A stretch of DNA of 64,000 bases, taken from NCBI GenBank assembly GCA_034530875.2, contig JAVRCJ020000014.1:128001-192000 (forward strand). The letters run 5' to 3'. This DNA comes from Nostoc sp. DedSLP01 (GTDB lineage: Bacteria > Cyanobacteriota > Cyanobacteriia > Cyanobacteriales > Nostocaceae). Below, in pieces: positions 1-10,149 of the stretch (its first letter is position 1; each line of letters starts with the position of its first letter). Under the pieces are notes generated by a model. That model was given only the letters and a program-made list of their open reading frames with translations, did no database searches and was not told the origin of the DNA. A program made the translations under genes and the position numbers.

Positions 1-844
1 TGTCATAAAGAGTATGAGATTTCAAGTTATTACGCAAAAGATTTTCAGGTGCATCTGTCAGTTCTAAATCGGCAGGAATAATATCAAATCTAAGTTCTGA
101 ATTAACCTTCCTTAGAGGAAATTTATAAGGATGTATAGTATTTTGAAGTTCTATACCTCGTTCTCTAAGAGCCTCAAATACACTACCTTTACTTAATGGA
201 AGACCTAAAGCACTTGTTAAATCTTGTTGGTTAGGATCGAAATCTATCGCTAAAACCTTTTTCCCTAAAAAAGTTAAAATAGCTGCTAAATTGACGGTAG
301 TTGTAGTTTTACCTACTCCACCTTTGTTGTTATAAACTGCAATGGTTAAAGCTTTAGCGGGATTTTCAATTTTTTTCCGAATTGAAGCAACTACCTTATC
401 AATATTACCTGCATCAAGTGTAAGACATTGTGTTGCGGGATAAATCACTTTTCCATGCTTACGAAACAGTTGAATATGGCAAGAATTAGTAATAATCCCC
501 CACTGTACTGTTTTGCAATTAGGTGCAAGTAGATAATTTTTTAGTTGTTTAACTGTTTTTTGATACTGTGCAGCATCTTCAGATAAGTTAATATCTCTTC
601 CCTTCAACTCCAGCAGAAGGTATGGATTTGATTTTGTATGTAAAAAGATATCATCTCCAATAGTTTTCCTCGCTGCTTTATCAACAGCTCCGTCGCCAGT
701 GTTATATTGCGGATGAATTTCTTCATATTCAAACCCTAATACTTTCAACAAGTGAGGAGCAAAAAGGTCGTTTACAACAGCTTCGGGTGCATTTTCGGGC
801 AGGCTTTGTACGGCTGCTCGAAGACTAATAATTGTCATGCTCAT
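1..844 (-). CDS. HsdR_N-like PD-(D/E)xK nuclease domain fused to ParA/Soj-family ATPase (3' end runs off window)
   Basis: Not in the ORF track; my translation from ATG 844 gives MSMTIISLRAAVQSLPENAPEAVVNDLFAPHLLKVLGF...AVDKA...PYLLLELKG...QLKNYL...WGIITNS (HsdR_N-like E..D..ExK..QxxxY..TN), then IAVYNNKGGVGKTTTTVNLA and IDFDPNQ (deviant Walker A of ParA/MinD family). Open to position 1. Confidence 0.8.
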   Translation of the reverse strand, partial: MSMTIISLRAAVQSLPENAPEAVVNDLFAPHLLKVLGFEYEEIHPQYNTGDGAVDKAARKTIGDDIFLHTKSNPYLLLELKGRDINLSEDAAQYQKTVKQLKNYLLAPNCKTVQWGIITNSCHIQLFRKHGKVIYPATQCLTLDAGNIDKVVASIRKKIENPAKALTIAVYNNKGGVGKTTTTVNLAAILTFLGKKVLAIDFDPNQQDLTSALGLPLSKGSVFEALRERGIELQNTIHPYKFPLRKVNSELRFDIIPADLELTDAPENLLRNNLKSHTLYD

Positions 845-938
845 AGTGTAGGGTGACTTCCAGCAATATCTAAGTCTAGTGTTCCCACTTCAGGACAATT
901 ATTTATTGTGTTTGTCTATTACACTACACAATGCTGAT

Positions 939-986
939 GTTGGGTTTCACTTCGTACCCCTACGGGGAAGCAAGCTACAACCCAAC
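939..986. repeat. REP-like palindrome with internal small hairpin insert
   Basis: GTTGGGTT (939-946) / AACCCAAC (979-986) inverted arms enclosing CCCC-TAC-GGGG. Confidence 0.6.
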
Positions 987-988
987 CT

Positions 989-1096
989 AATAAGGTTCGG
1001 ATAAGCATTTTGAACTAACAATTTGTTTGGGGAAAAGGTTAAAGGGTAAGGGTTAAAGGTTTTTTATTCCCCTTTCCCCTTTAGCCGAACCGTATT
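989..1096. mobile_element. MITE-like element with 16-bp imperfect TIRs containing heptamer repeats
   Basis: AATAAGGTTCGGATAA (989-1004) versus TTAGCCGAACCGTATT (1081-1096), 14/16 complementary; internal GGTTAAA/CCCCTTT-type repeats. Confidence 0.55.
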
Positions 1097-1123
1097 GCAA
1101 CAGCGTATTGCCCAATGCTCCAA

Positions 1124-2995
1124 TTAATTCAACGGTTCCATAATGACTCTTAAGCCTTTACTAGAAAGCGTTTTGAGCATTTCTTTAGCATTATATTCAC
1201 TGTCAAACACTCCTGCTTGCATGACTTTCTGACCTTCCCAGACTGTAGGAAAGGCACCAGGAGCAATCGATCGCACTAAATCTGGATCTTTATCTGTAAC
1301 TAATGTGACTACTACACGATAACGGATACCGTAATTTGTCCCGGAGTTTCCTCTGTAGGAGATAGTTGTAGTTCCAATTGGTACTTTTGGTAGGTTGCGA
1401 GTATCGTCAATGGTGACATTAGGCGGGACAGGAGGCTTTAGTGTTGCTAATGGCTGCTGTGTTTGATTAGGCGTGTTAGAAACTGCTGGCTGTGCTATGG
1501 AAGTGGATGGATACTGAGGTGCATTAAATTCAATCGTGTTGGGATCGATTTGCACGTAATTAAACTGCGGTGTTTTAGGAGGTTGTACTGCTGTGGAAGT
1601 TGCAACTGGAGTATTAGTTAATACTTGTCTGGCTGGTAAGCTGGTAGGAATAGGAAATCCAGCAACTTTAGGGGTAGGTGGATTTTGAGTGGAGGTAGGA
1701 GGGGAAAGCGGCACAGTTGCGGCTTGCAATGGCAAAAGTTGATTGTTTAATTTTGGCGGAACAGTATTAGCTGTTGAAATACTGTTACTAGTTTGGGTAT
1801 TGATATTTTCTGCAACTCCAGGAGCCGAGAATGTGATTTCGCCGGATGGTGGTATTTCTTGTACCACATTGTTGGGAACAGCGACGGGTTGAGAATTTTC
1901 GGCTGCTAGTGCTGTTGTACCTTTGAGGTCTACATTACCAGTGATGCGATCGCTTACCAAGTTATTACCAGCCGCAGAAATCACTTGCTTGGCAGCGCTG
2001 GCGTTAATGTCGTAGCGGCCGTTATTTTGAAATTGATTGCCCCCAGGTTCCGATGCATTGCCTAAATCTGGCATTGCTTGAGCGATCGCTACTAAACCAT
2101 CTTCTTTACTATTTTCAATAATATTATTCCGTAAAATCGGGCGAGCATTTGCTTGCACTAGAATTCCCGATCTATTATTCTGAATGCGATTGCTTATCAC
2201 CACAGGCGCGGCATTTTGGGCAATATTGATCCCAAAACCTGTTTCATGAAAGACATTTTCCTTCACTTCAGGGCGGGACTTACCGGCAATTGTGATGCCA
2301 TTAGCGCCATTGCGATCGAAGTAGTTTTTACTAATGGTGGGTGCGGCGTTACCGCTGACGGAAATGCCATCCTGCATGTTACCGCTAAAGGTATTTTCCA
2401 CAACTATCGGGTTGCTAGATTCAATCCACAAACCATAACCACGGCGGTTTGAGTTGGTTAATGTCACGCCAGTCAGCACTGCTTGGTTTGCTCCAACAAT
2501 TGTCACGTTTTGACCGCCAAAACTGCGACTTAAATAATCACCGCCTCCCTGAATTATGATATCTTTGCCGCGATCGCTAGGATTGCCTTGAATGGAAACA
2601 CCTGGTTTGAGGATTAAAGGAAATACTTCTCCCGTCTCGGCGCTATAAGTGCCTGGGGACAGCATAATTACCGTATTGGGATGAGCTAATCGCAAGGCTT
2701 GGGTAATAGTTTTGACAGGAGCCGATTCGCTACCATTACCTCTATTGTCATCTCCAGCATTTGGGTTAACAAACAGCACGTTCATCTGAGAGTTTGTTTT
2801 TTCACTCACAGGTGTGGAATTTGTTGTTGATGGTATCTGAGCGATCGCGCTACTCAGGCTAGTCACTGCCAAACTTATAGTAAAAGATAATACTGAAAAA
2901 CTCAAAAACAAAAGCCTTGTTGATGACATAAACTTCGGCTTTACCTGCAAAATATCTATACTACGGTACTTAGATAATACACAATAGGGAATCAT
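1124..2995 (-). CDS. DUF1565 / right-handed beta-helix secreted protein with Pro-rich linker and C-terminal SPOR-like domain
   Basis: LFVNPNAGDD...APVKTITQAL...PGTYSAETGEVFPL (DUF1565 N-terminus), PbH1-like repeats, hydrophobic signal after MSSTRL (true start may be 2929). Confidence 0.8.
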   Translation of the reverse strand: MIPYCVLSKYRSIDILQVKPKFMSSTRLLFLSFSVLSFTISLAVTSLSSAIAQIPSTTNSTPVSEKTNSQMNVLFVNPNAGDDNRGNGSESAPVKTITQALRLAHPNTVIMLSPGTYSAETGEVFPLILKPGVSIQGNPSDRGKDIIIQGGGDYLSRSFGGQNVTIVGANQAVLTGVTLTNSNRRGYGLWIESSNPIVVENTFSGNMQDGISVSGNAAPTISKNYFDRNGANGITIAGKSRPEVKENVFHETGFGINIAQNAAPVVISNRIQNNRSGILVQANARPILRNNIIENSKEDGLVAIAQAMPDLGNASEPGGNQFQNNGRYDINASAAKQVISAAGNNLVSDRITGNVDLKGTTALAAENSQPVAVPNNVVQEIPPSGEITFSAPGVAENINTQTSNSISTANTVPPKLNNQLLPLQAATVPLSPPTSTQNPPTPKVAGFPIPTSLPARQVLTNTPVATSTAVQPPKTPQFNYVQIDPNTIEFNAPQYPSTSIAQPAVSNTPNQTQQPLATLKPPVPPNVTIDDTRNLPKVPIGTTTISYRGNSGTNYGIRYRVVVTLVTDKDPDLVRSIAPGAFPTVWEGQKVMQAGVFDSEYNAKEMLKTLSSKGLRVIMEPLN

Positions 2996-3104
2996 ATTTA
3001 ACTAACTCCTGAGAAGTATCAATAAATTCTTATACTCTTAGACAGTAGTATGTCGATAATATTACCCACATATTGACCTATTGGCGAGTAATAAAAAAGG
3101 GATT

Positions 3105-3158
3105 GAGGGGCAGGGGGAGCAGGGGAGGCAGAGGGAGCAGAGGGGGCAGGGAGAGAGA
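3105..3158. repeat. 9-mer short tandem repeats (GGGGAGCAG-like), Nostoc-type
   Basis: gaggggcagggggagcaggggaggcagagggagcagagggggcagggag. Confidence 0.7.
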
Positions 3159-3312
3159 CAAGGTTAACTGAAGGGTATTGGCTTATGCTTAATACTTTTA
3201 TGTGGATGTTAAATTAATGTAATTTATGCATAAAAAAGCTGCATGAATGATGAGATATAATCAGAGTATCAGCCGAATGGCTTATGACTAAACCAATTCA
3301 CCAGACAAGGAT

Positions 3313-3522
3313 ATGGCTAACGAGAAAAAAAGAATAACAGTCAGTTTGACTCAGGAAGCGATCGATAAATTGAAGGAACTTGCCCAGCAAAGAGGAATAA
3401 CAGCTACAGCAGTTTTAAATCAAGCTATTGCCACTGAAGATTTTCTCGCCAAGGAATCTAAAGATGGAAAAGTTTTGATCCGGAAAAATGATGGCACAAT
3501 TAAAGAAGTTATTTTTAGATAA
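3313..3522 (+). CDS. Ribbon-helix-helix (CopG/MetJ/Arc) DNA-binding protein
   Basis: KRITVSLTQEAIDKLKELAQQRGITATAVLNQAI = strand-helix-helix pattern; AAGGA RBS upstream. Confidence 0.8.
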   Translation: MANEKKRITVSLTQEAIDKLKELAQQRGITATAVLNQAIATEDFLAKESKDGKVLIRKNDGTIKEVIFR

Positions 3523-3791
3523 CAATAGACATCGCTAAAACTTCTAATCCCCTCATTGTTCCCGTCTTTAAACCTGAATTTGCCCTACGTGAAAGCAGTT
3601 TCTTTGAATAGCTATGTAGGTTAAAAAATTGCATAGAGTTTCCCAAGAGAGGGGAGAATTGGCAAGCTCTCCTCTTAATTATATGTTTTCTAATTTTCTT
3701 TACATTATTTATTGTGCCAAACCTGACAAAATTATTGAATATAAGCTAAAAATTAAATTTCTAGCACATCGACTTATTTTAGAAAATTCAA

Positions 3792-4217
3792 ATGCCATCG
3801 GATAATTCTAATTCAAAACCCATTGATATTGAAGATATTGATAAAGAAACGGGTACAGCAAATAACGATAACCCCGACCCTAAAACCCCTCATCTAACTA
3901 ACTTTAATCCTGCTCGGATACAAGAATTGATTCGGAGCTTGATTAGTATAGTAATATTTCTTAATACTTCTTTAATTATACTTTTAGTAATGACTTTTAT
4001 CTTACATCCTATTATTTTTAATAAAGAGAAGGAGGGCAATGATTCTAATAAAAATATTATAAATTTAGGCGATAAAACATTTATTTATGTTGTTAAAGAC
4101 GAGGATGAAAATAAAGGTAGTAGAGAATTAATTAACTTACTTTGGACATCACAGATAACTTTAATTAGCGGTACTATCGCATTTTATTTTGCCAGTCAGA
4201 ACATTTCCAAAAATTAA
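3792..4217 (+). CDS. Small 2-TM hypothetical membrane protein
   Basis: Hydrophobic segments ISIVIFLNTSLIILLVMTFIL and LINLLWTSQITLISGTIAFYFA; AT-rich. Confidence 0.6.
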   Translation: MPSDNSNSKPIDIEDIDKETGTANNDNPDPKTPHLTNFNPARIQELIRSLISIVIFLNTSLIILLVMTFILHPIIFNKEKEGNDSNKNIINLGDKTFIYVVKDEDENKGSRELINLLWTSQITLISGTIAFYFASQNISKN

Positions 4218-4627
4218 GTATAACTGGGCATAAAAACTGTGTGACATACCAATTGTTTGTAGGGGCATATAGCATAGCTAGCTGTGCGCTGCTGTTAGCG
4301 CAGTGGGGCGAACCTCTCAGGCGTTGGCAAAGCTATCCTTGCTTTGCTCGTGAATTGTGCTGTAACTAGTGGGATATTTTTTGATTTGCAAGCTTCTGAG
4401 GTATTGCTTGTGCTTGCTGTGAATTTCTTGTTGTAAGCACTTTTGTTGATTCTTTGTAGGCGATCGCTATCCTAAAATACTTGACTAACCTCAGTGCTAA
4501 ATTGTAGCCTCAAACTACCCCCATCGTTGTATATAGCAACATGGGATAATTTAAAATAAGCTTTATTCCTACGTTATTTTCCGTAGATTTAGTCAAAATC
4601 GAGTAAAAAAAGCTAATTAATTAACTT

Positions 4628-5755
4628 ATGGTTACTAGGACTTATGATAATTCACATTCCGATGAAAGCACTAACGGGGTTGTTGTAATGGTCGAGCCAT
4701 ACAGCCAAAAACAGCAAGTACAGCAAGTTATTTACCGCATTTTAGATGCCAATTTAGACCGCGCTCGTGAGGGTTTACGGATTATTGAAGAATGGTGTCG
4801 GTTTGGGTTGAACAATTCTCAGTTGGCTCTTGAATGTAAGCACTTGCGCCAAGAACTAGCTAAATGGCATACCCCAGAATTACGAGCAGCGCGAGATACA
4901 CAAGGCGATCCTGGCACTGAATTAACGCATCCTCAAGAGGAAGAACGAGCCAGTATAAAATCGGTGTTGCAAGCTAACTTTTGTCGGATAGAAGAAGCAT
5001 TGCGAGTGCTGGAAGAATACGGCAAACTCGATCGCACAAGTATGGCTAAAGCTTGTAAGCAGATGCGCTATCAAGTGTATACCCTAGAAAGTAACTTAAT
5101 GGGTCATCAACGCCATCAATTATTATGGCGATCGCGTTTGTATCTTGTTACTTCCCCTAGTGACAATCTATTGAACGTAGTGGAAGCTGCACTTAAAGGC
5201 GGATTAACCCTCGTACAGTACCGCGAGAAAAACGCCGATGATTCTGTGCGTCTGGAACAAGCTAGAAAACTGCGGCAATTATGCCACATTTACGGTGCCT
5301 TGTTTATTGTTAACGATCGCGTAGATTTAGCTTTGGCTGTAGATGCTGATGGCGTGCATCTAGGACAGCAGGATATGTCCATCAATGTTGCTCGGCAATT
5401 GCTCGGTTCTCAGCGTTTAATAGGTCTTTCTACCACAAATCAAGACGAAATGCAACGAGCGCTTGCTGAAGGTGTAGATTATATAGGCGTGGGGCCAGTT
5501 TATGAAACTCCCACAAAAGTGGGTAAAGCAGCAGCAGGCTTAGAATATGTCAGCTATGCTGCCAAAAATTGTTCGATTCCCTGGTTTGCGATTGGGGGAA
5601 TAGATGCAAATAATATTAATGATGTCATCGATGCAGGAGCTGAACGTGTAGCAGTAGTGCGATCGCTCATGCAAGCCGAACAGCCCACTTTAGTAACGCA
5701 ATATTTACTGTCCCAACTCAATCGCATTAAACCAGAATCTTTAAAAAGTTATTAG
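4628..5755 (+). CDS. thiE: Thiamine-phosphate synthase (cyanobacterial type with N-terminal extension)
   Basis: RILDANLDRAREGLR N-domain; LYLVT, VQYREK, IVNDRVD, GVHLGQQD, TPTK, FAIGGI motifs; followed by thiS. Confidence 0.95.
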   Translation: MVTRTYDNSHSDESTNGVVVMVEPYSQKQQVQQVIYRILDANLDRAREGLRIIEEWCRFGLNNSQLALECKHLRQELAKWHTPELRAARDTQGDPGTELTHPQEEERASIKSVLQANFCRIEEALRVLEEYGKLDRTSMAKACKQMRYQVYTLESNLMGHQRHQLLWRSRLYLVTSPSDNLLNVVEAALKGGLTLVQYREKNADDSVRLEQARKLRQLCHIYGALFIVNDRVDLALAVDADGVHLGQQDMSINVARQLLGSQRLIGLSTTNQDEMQRALAEGVDYIGVGPVYETPTKVGKAAAGLEYVSYAAKNCSIPWFAIGGIDANNINDVIDAGAERVAVVRSLMQAEQPTLVTQYLLSQLNRIKPESLKSY

Positions 5756-5850
5756 AGACGCGATTAACCCTTGTCTGTACAAGAGTCATTTGTTTCAAGT
5801 GAATAACCAATGACCAATGCCTCATGCCCAATTCCCAATTCCCCACATTT

Positions 5851-6063
5851 ATGTCTAACGAGATTAACGTTCAGATAAATGGTGAAACCCGTAGCTGTTT
5901 ATCTCAAACTCTTTTGCCCGATTTACTCCAACAGTTAGGTTTCAATCCTCGCTTGGTGGCGGTGGAGTATAACGGCGAAATTTTACACCGCCAATTTTGG
6001 ACAGAAACAAAAGTACAACCAGGCGATCGCTTAGAAGTGGTTACTATTGTTGGTGGTGGTTAA
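5851..6063 (+). CDS. thiS: Sulfur carrier protein ThiS
   Basis: INGE...VAVEYNGEIL...LEVVTIVGGG C-terminal GG; upstream ATG 5824 lies in STRR repeats. Confidence 0.95.
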   Translation: MSNEINVQINGETRSCLSQTLLPDLLQQLGFNPRLVAVEYNGEILHRQFWTETKVQPGDRLEVVTIVGGG

Positions 6064-6073
6064 TTAGTTTGAG

Positions 6074-6206
6074 CTATAGGATTCACATTTGATTGCGTGA
6101 AAAAAAACAGTACATCCAGACAAGGCTTCTGTCCTACTCCCTACTCCCCATTCCCTACTCCCTGTCTACACAAATAAATTCTCCAAATCAAACCCGATTC
6201 CTATAG
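6074..6206. mobile_element. MITE-like element with about 21-bp imperfect TIR; supplies stop codon of class D beta-lactamase gene
   Basis: CTATAGGATTCACATTTGATT (6074-6094) versus AATCAAACCCGATTCCTATAG (6186-6206); internal CCCTACT heptamers. Confidence 0.6.
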
Positions 6207-7100
6207 TAAGCCCAGATCCTTGAGGCTGCGCCGTGTAATTTCGATGCGGGCGGGTGCATCCTCTGGTTTATATATATCAAGGGTTGTGGCAAAAAAGTAG
6301 ACGTTTTTGTTTTGCTCTAAATAACCCACAAACCAACCAATATTTGGTTTAGAACTTGTTAACCATCCTGTTTTTCCCCGCAAAGTGTATTCTGGAGTTT
6401 GTTCGCGGATTGCAATATCTTGAACAAGATTTATTGTGCGTTGAGAAAAAGGCAAATCTCCTCCATACAACTTTTGTAAAAATTGAATTTGCTCTTGTGG
6501 TGTAATTTTTAATGGCTGTCCTAACCAAAAGCGGTCTATGTCTGCGGCGGTGCCAATTTGACGGTTACCGTAACCTACTTTATTAATAAATTGTTGCATC
6601 TTTTCATGTCCGGCTCTACGCGCCAATACTTGATAAAACCAAACAGTTGAATCTTTAAAAGCTTGGCGCAAATTAGTATCGTGATTCCAAGCATCAATTT
6701 CTCGCTTAATTCCATCCCAAGTTAGCACCGCAACATCATCAGGAATGACGCCTGTTTCTAGCGCCACCAAAGAGTTAAAAATTTTGAATGTGGAAGCTGG
6801 AGGAATGGCAGTTGCATTACGTTGAGGATTGTGTTCGTAAGTGCGCTTGTTTTTGGAATCATAAATTACGATCGAGCCTTCACGCCCTAATTCTTGAAAA
6901 TGTCGTCCTAAATTTGGCGTTTTCACATTCAGCATTGCTGGAGGTTCGGATACAGTTGCACCAGGTTGAGCCAGAACATACATTCTGCCAAATCCCATCG
7001 CGCTTAATACAGCAAAACAGCCGATGACTGTGAAAATAAGAGATTGCTTTTGCTGAGTTCGTTGAAGAAATCGTGATATGGCAAACAAGATATTTTTCAT
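6201..7100 (-). CDS. Class D (OXA-type) beta-lactamase family protein
   Basis: PASTFK (SxxK), STV (SxV), YGN, KTG motifs; N-terminal signal. Confidence 0.9.
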   Translation of the reverse strand: MKNILFAISRFLQRTQQKQSLIFTVIGCFAVLSAMGFGRMYVLAQPGATVSEPPAMLNVKTPNLGRHFQELGREGSIVIYDSKNKRTYEHNPQRNATAIPPASTFKIFNSLVALETGVIPDDVAVLTWDGIKREIDAWNHDTNLRQAFKDSTVWFYQVLARRAGHEKMQQFINKVGYGNRQIGTAADIDRFWLGQPLKITPQEQIQFLQKLYGGDLPFSQRTINLVQDIAIREQTPEYTLRGKTGWLTSSKPNIGWFVGYLEQNKNVYFFATTLDIYKPEDAPARIEITRRSLKDLGLL

Positions 7101-7225
7101 TGCAGATTCATCAAATCACAAGCGATATCCTACAACGCAATCTTGCTCAATTTCGGAAATATTTGTTGTATCTTTGAGAAAAATTTTGGCAAAATCTAAA
7201 TATTTGTATGGGCGTACACCTCTAC

Positions 7226-8452
7226 CTACAAATTCGTGTTTTTTGTTTCTGATTTATACAGCGAACGGTGGAGGGTTCTACGGTTAGCTAATTCTTTACC
7301 TTTACGTCCTAGCTGTTCCCGTAGCTGTTGGTCTTTGCACAAGCGATGAAAAGCTTGAAAAACCTTATAACCAGAATTGGGATTTACAAGTATGCCATTT
7401 TCCTCATGTTTAACTGTGTCTAAAACACTACCTAAACGAGGAGCAATTACAGGTTTACCGAAGTAACCTGCTTCTAAATAAACGACACCAAAACCTTCTA
7501 TATTTTCAGGTTTGGTATCTAACAAACTCAGCATGGCAAATATATCGCAGGCTGCATAATAACCTGCTAATTCGTTCTCTGGTACGCATCCAGCAAAGTG
7601 TACCCTTTTATCTACGCGCAAACGATGCGCCAGAGATTTGAGTTGAGATTCACTTGCCCCTTGGCCGCAAAGTATGTAGTGGACATCCACTCCAAAAGTT
7701 AACAGTAGAGGAATGTTATCAATTAAGCGATCGAAGCTTTTATGTTTTACTAGCCTTCCTACCGAGAGAATAACTATTGCTGTTTCGGGAATGTTGTAAC
7801 TTTGACGAACACGCGCGCGTAAATCATCAAAGTTATTTAACGCTGCATTACCGAATTTGTCTGGTCTGATGGCTGGGTTGATTACATGGGTGGGGGTATC
7901 CACCCGGAAAGCAGTTCTCAGATAGTTTTGTGTATAAGAACTGTTACAAACAATGCCTTCGGCTCTATGAAGTGTTAATTTGAATAGCGATCGCAATACC
8001 GGATTATGCAATGGACTCAAAAGATCGTTGCCATGCAGATAGATAAAAAAGCGAATTGGTAAAAAATAGCTCAATAGCAACAGTGAAGGGAAATCATAGC
8101 CGTGACCCCACTCAATATAGCGGTAGTGATAGCGAAAATAAAGTTTAATTGCTAGCACAAACGAGCAAACAATATTTACCAAAGGCTGAAGAAAACTTGC
8201 TAAATAACCACAAAACCAGTATTGAGGATAAAACCAGCGATATATAGGAAACTGTTGATTTTCATCAAATACTTTATCTCCCGGACAGCCAGCAGCCAGC
8301 ACAATTACTCGTTCTGGATCTTGGAGACAGCGATTATATAAATATTCTCCAATTACAGCTTTTTTCGGTAGGAAGATTCGAGATATAACCAGAATATCCG
8401 GATAGGCAGTTTCGTCTCTAATTTGGGCTGTGAGTTGAGAGATATTTTCCAT
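7226..8452 (-). CDS. Glycosyltransferase family 4
   Basis: ILSVGRLVKHK, EGFGVVYLEAGYFGKPVI (ExFG-x4-E), ENGILVNP. Confidence 0.9.
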   Translation of the reverse strand: MENISQLTAQIRDETAYPDILVISRIFLPKKAVIGEYLYNRCLQDPERVIVLAAGCPGDKVFDENQQFPIYRWFYPQYWFCGYLASFLQPLVNIVCSFVLAIKLYFRYHYRYIEWGHGYDFPSLLLLSYFLPIRFFIYLHGNDLLSPLHNPVLRSLFKLTLHRAEGIVCNSSYTQNYLRTAFRVDTPTHVINPAIRPDKFGNAALNNFDDLRARVRQSYNIPETAIVILSVGRLVKHKSFDRLIDNIPLLLTFGVDVHYILCGQGASESQLKSLAHRLRVDKRVHFAGCVPENELAGYYAACDIFAMLSLLDTKPENIEGFGVVYLEAGYFGKPVIAPRLGSVLDTVKHEENGILVNPNSGYKVFQAFHRLCKDQQLREQLGRKGKELANRRTLHRSLYKSETKNTNL

Positions 8453-8804
8453 AATCGTCTTGAAAACTATATTTTGAAATATTTTTTATTTACAATTAAC
8501 ATCAGTTTCAAATCACAATAATCCTTATTTATGTTGCCAAATCTGGAATATATAAATTCTAAGCTAATTTTATAACATTAGCCACTAAGATTAATTTTGA
8601 TTGCCAAATTTATCAATACATGATAATTTGTATTTGTGAGAAACAAGAAATCTGAAATAAAGACTTACAGCTAAATTTCTCCAGCATTAATTGTTGCGAA
8701 ACTTATCAAATTTAGCTATGTTTAACACAATAGCTAAAATAATCTTGACAGTTATGCCAAAATGCCAAAACCTCTCACTTATTGAAAATAAGTAATAAAG
8801 GATT

Positions 8805-8835
8805 AGGTCTAGCTTTAAAAGACAAAGCTAGACCT
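8805..8835 (-). terminator. Putative intrinsic terminator hairpin
   Basis: AGGTCTAGCTTT / AAAGCTAGACCT 12-bp perfect stem downstream of 8913..9932. Confidence 0.55.
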
Positions 8836-8912
8836 TGATATCAGAAATTACACAACTAGGGCGTCGATATATTACTTTACCAGCTCTGAGTCTTTATATT
8901 TTCAAGCTGCGT

Positions 8913-9932
8913 CTATGGTATATTACTAATTTTTGGTTGTTCAAAATAGCCATATACTAATTTAGAGACTTGACGAATAAAATCTCTGGCTCTATCATCA
9001 TTATTCGGTCTTTTCACAAAAATGCCTGCGAAATAGCGTTTACCTGAAGGTGTTTCAATAATACCTGCATCACCCAATACAAAACGTAAAGTTCCTGTTT
9101 TGTGGGCTATTTTTGCACCAGAACCTAAACCAGATGGTAGCAATCTTCTATTATGGCAACCATACATAATACCTAAAACTTGAGACTTACTTTCATCAGA
9201 AAGTAGCTGATTATTTACCATTAAAGCTGAAAGTCTGACTAAATCTTTTGCACTAGTTTTATTAGTCCCGTTGAAGTCTCCTAACATCCGGCGGAGAATA
9301 GTACTTTGTAAACCCCAACTACGAAACCGTTGATTTAATTTAGCAATTCCACCTAAACGGGCAATAATCATATTTGTTGCTGTATTATCGCTAATAGTCA
9401 TCATCATGGTCGCAGTTTTCAAAATACTAAACTTGCTTCCTACCCGCTTGTACTGCATATTCCCAGAACCGCCAACAACATATTTACGCTGCATTACTAG
9501 AGTTTCATTGAGGTTGATTCTCCCTGCATCTACTTCTTGAAATAAAGCAATTAAAATCGGGTATTTAATGGTACTAGCAGCGGGGAAAGCTTTATTCCCG
9601 TTGAAGCTTATATAGTCTCCTGTTTCCAAGTCCATGAAAAAGATACCAGGAGTCAGAAATTTGTAACTAGTAACTAATTTATTAATTGGAGTTTTTAGTT
9701 CTGATATTTCACGTCCTAAAGGAACGATACCAGTGTAGTTGGGCTGAACTGTCGGATTAACAAGATTAGTAGGAGATGGAGGAATAAATTTCAGGGGCGG
9801 TAATTGTAAATTTGATTTAGTTCTATCCCAGCTATTAGACGAATAAACTTTATCAGCGTTAGAATTTGCTTTTACTGGTGAAGAAAAGAGAATAATACTG
9901 ATGAGGCTAAGTAAAAACCAGCGTAGTTTCAT
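8913..9932 (-). CDS. Serine hydrolase, class A beta-lactamase fold (PBP-A-like)
   Basis: PAASTIK, SDN, HKTGT motifs; signal peptide; short omega-loop region without obvious Glu166 equivalent. Confidence 0.85.
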   Translation of the reverse strand: MKLRWFLLSLISIILFSSPVKANSNADKVYSSNSWDRTKSNLQLPPLKFIPPSPTNLVNPTVQPNYTGIVPLGREISELKTPINKLVTSYKFLTPGIFFMDLETGDYISFNGNKAFPAASTIKYPILIALFQEVDAGRINLNETLVMQRKYVVGGSGNMQYKRVGSKFSILKTATMMMTISDNTATNMIIARLGGIAKLNQRFRSWGLQSTILRRMLGDFNGTNKTSAKDLVRLSALMVNNQLLSDESKSQVLGIMYGCHNRRLLPSGLGSGAKIAHKTGTLRFVLGDAGIIETPSGKRYFAGIFVKRPNNDDRARDFIRQVSKLVYGYFEQPKISNIP

Positions 9933-10149
9933 GTACGATCGCAGAATTAGTGTTAGTTATTTTACGGAAATTTATTAGTCCCGAAAATAAAATCAAGACA
10001 TGGAAGATGATAATCAATAAAATATACAATGTCAATGTTTATCGGTAAGAGTTAAAAAATAATCGCATCGATACGAGAAATTTCTGGAGTAAATTCAATG
10101 TGATTTATATAACATATCTTTTAAAAATGGCTTGCCAAGCTAATAGCTC

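Noticed and set aside
4218..4627. TPP riboswitch upstream of thiE
   Set aside because: I could not find the CTGAGA / ACCTG / GGGAA core arrangement; the region contains degenerate REP-like repeats instead.
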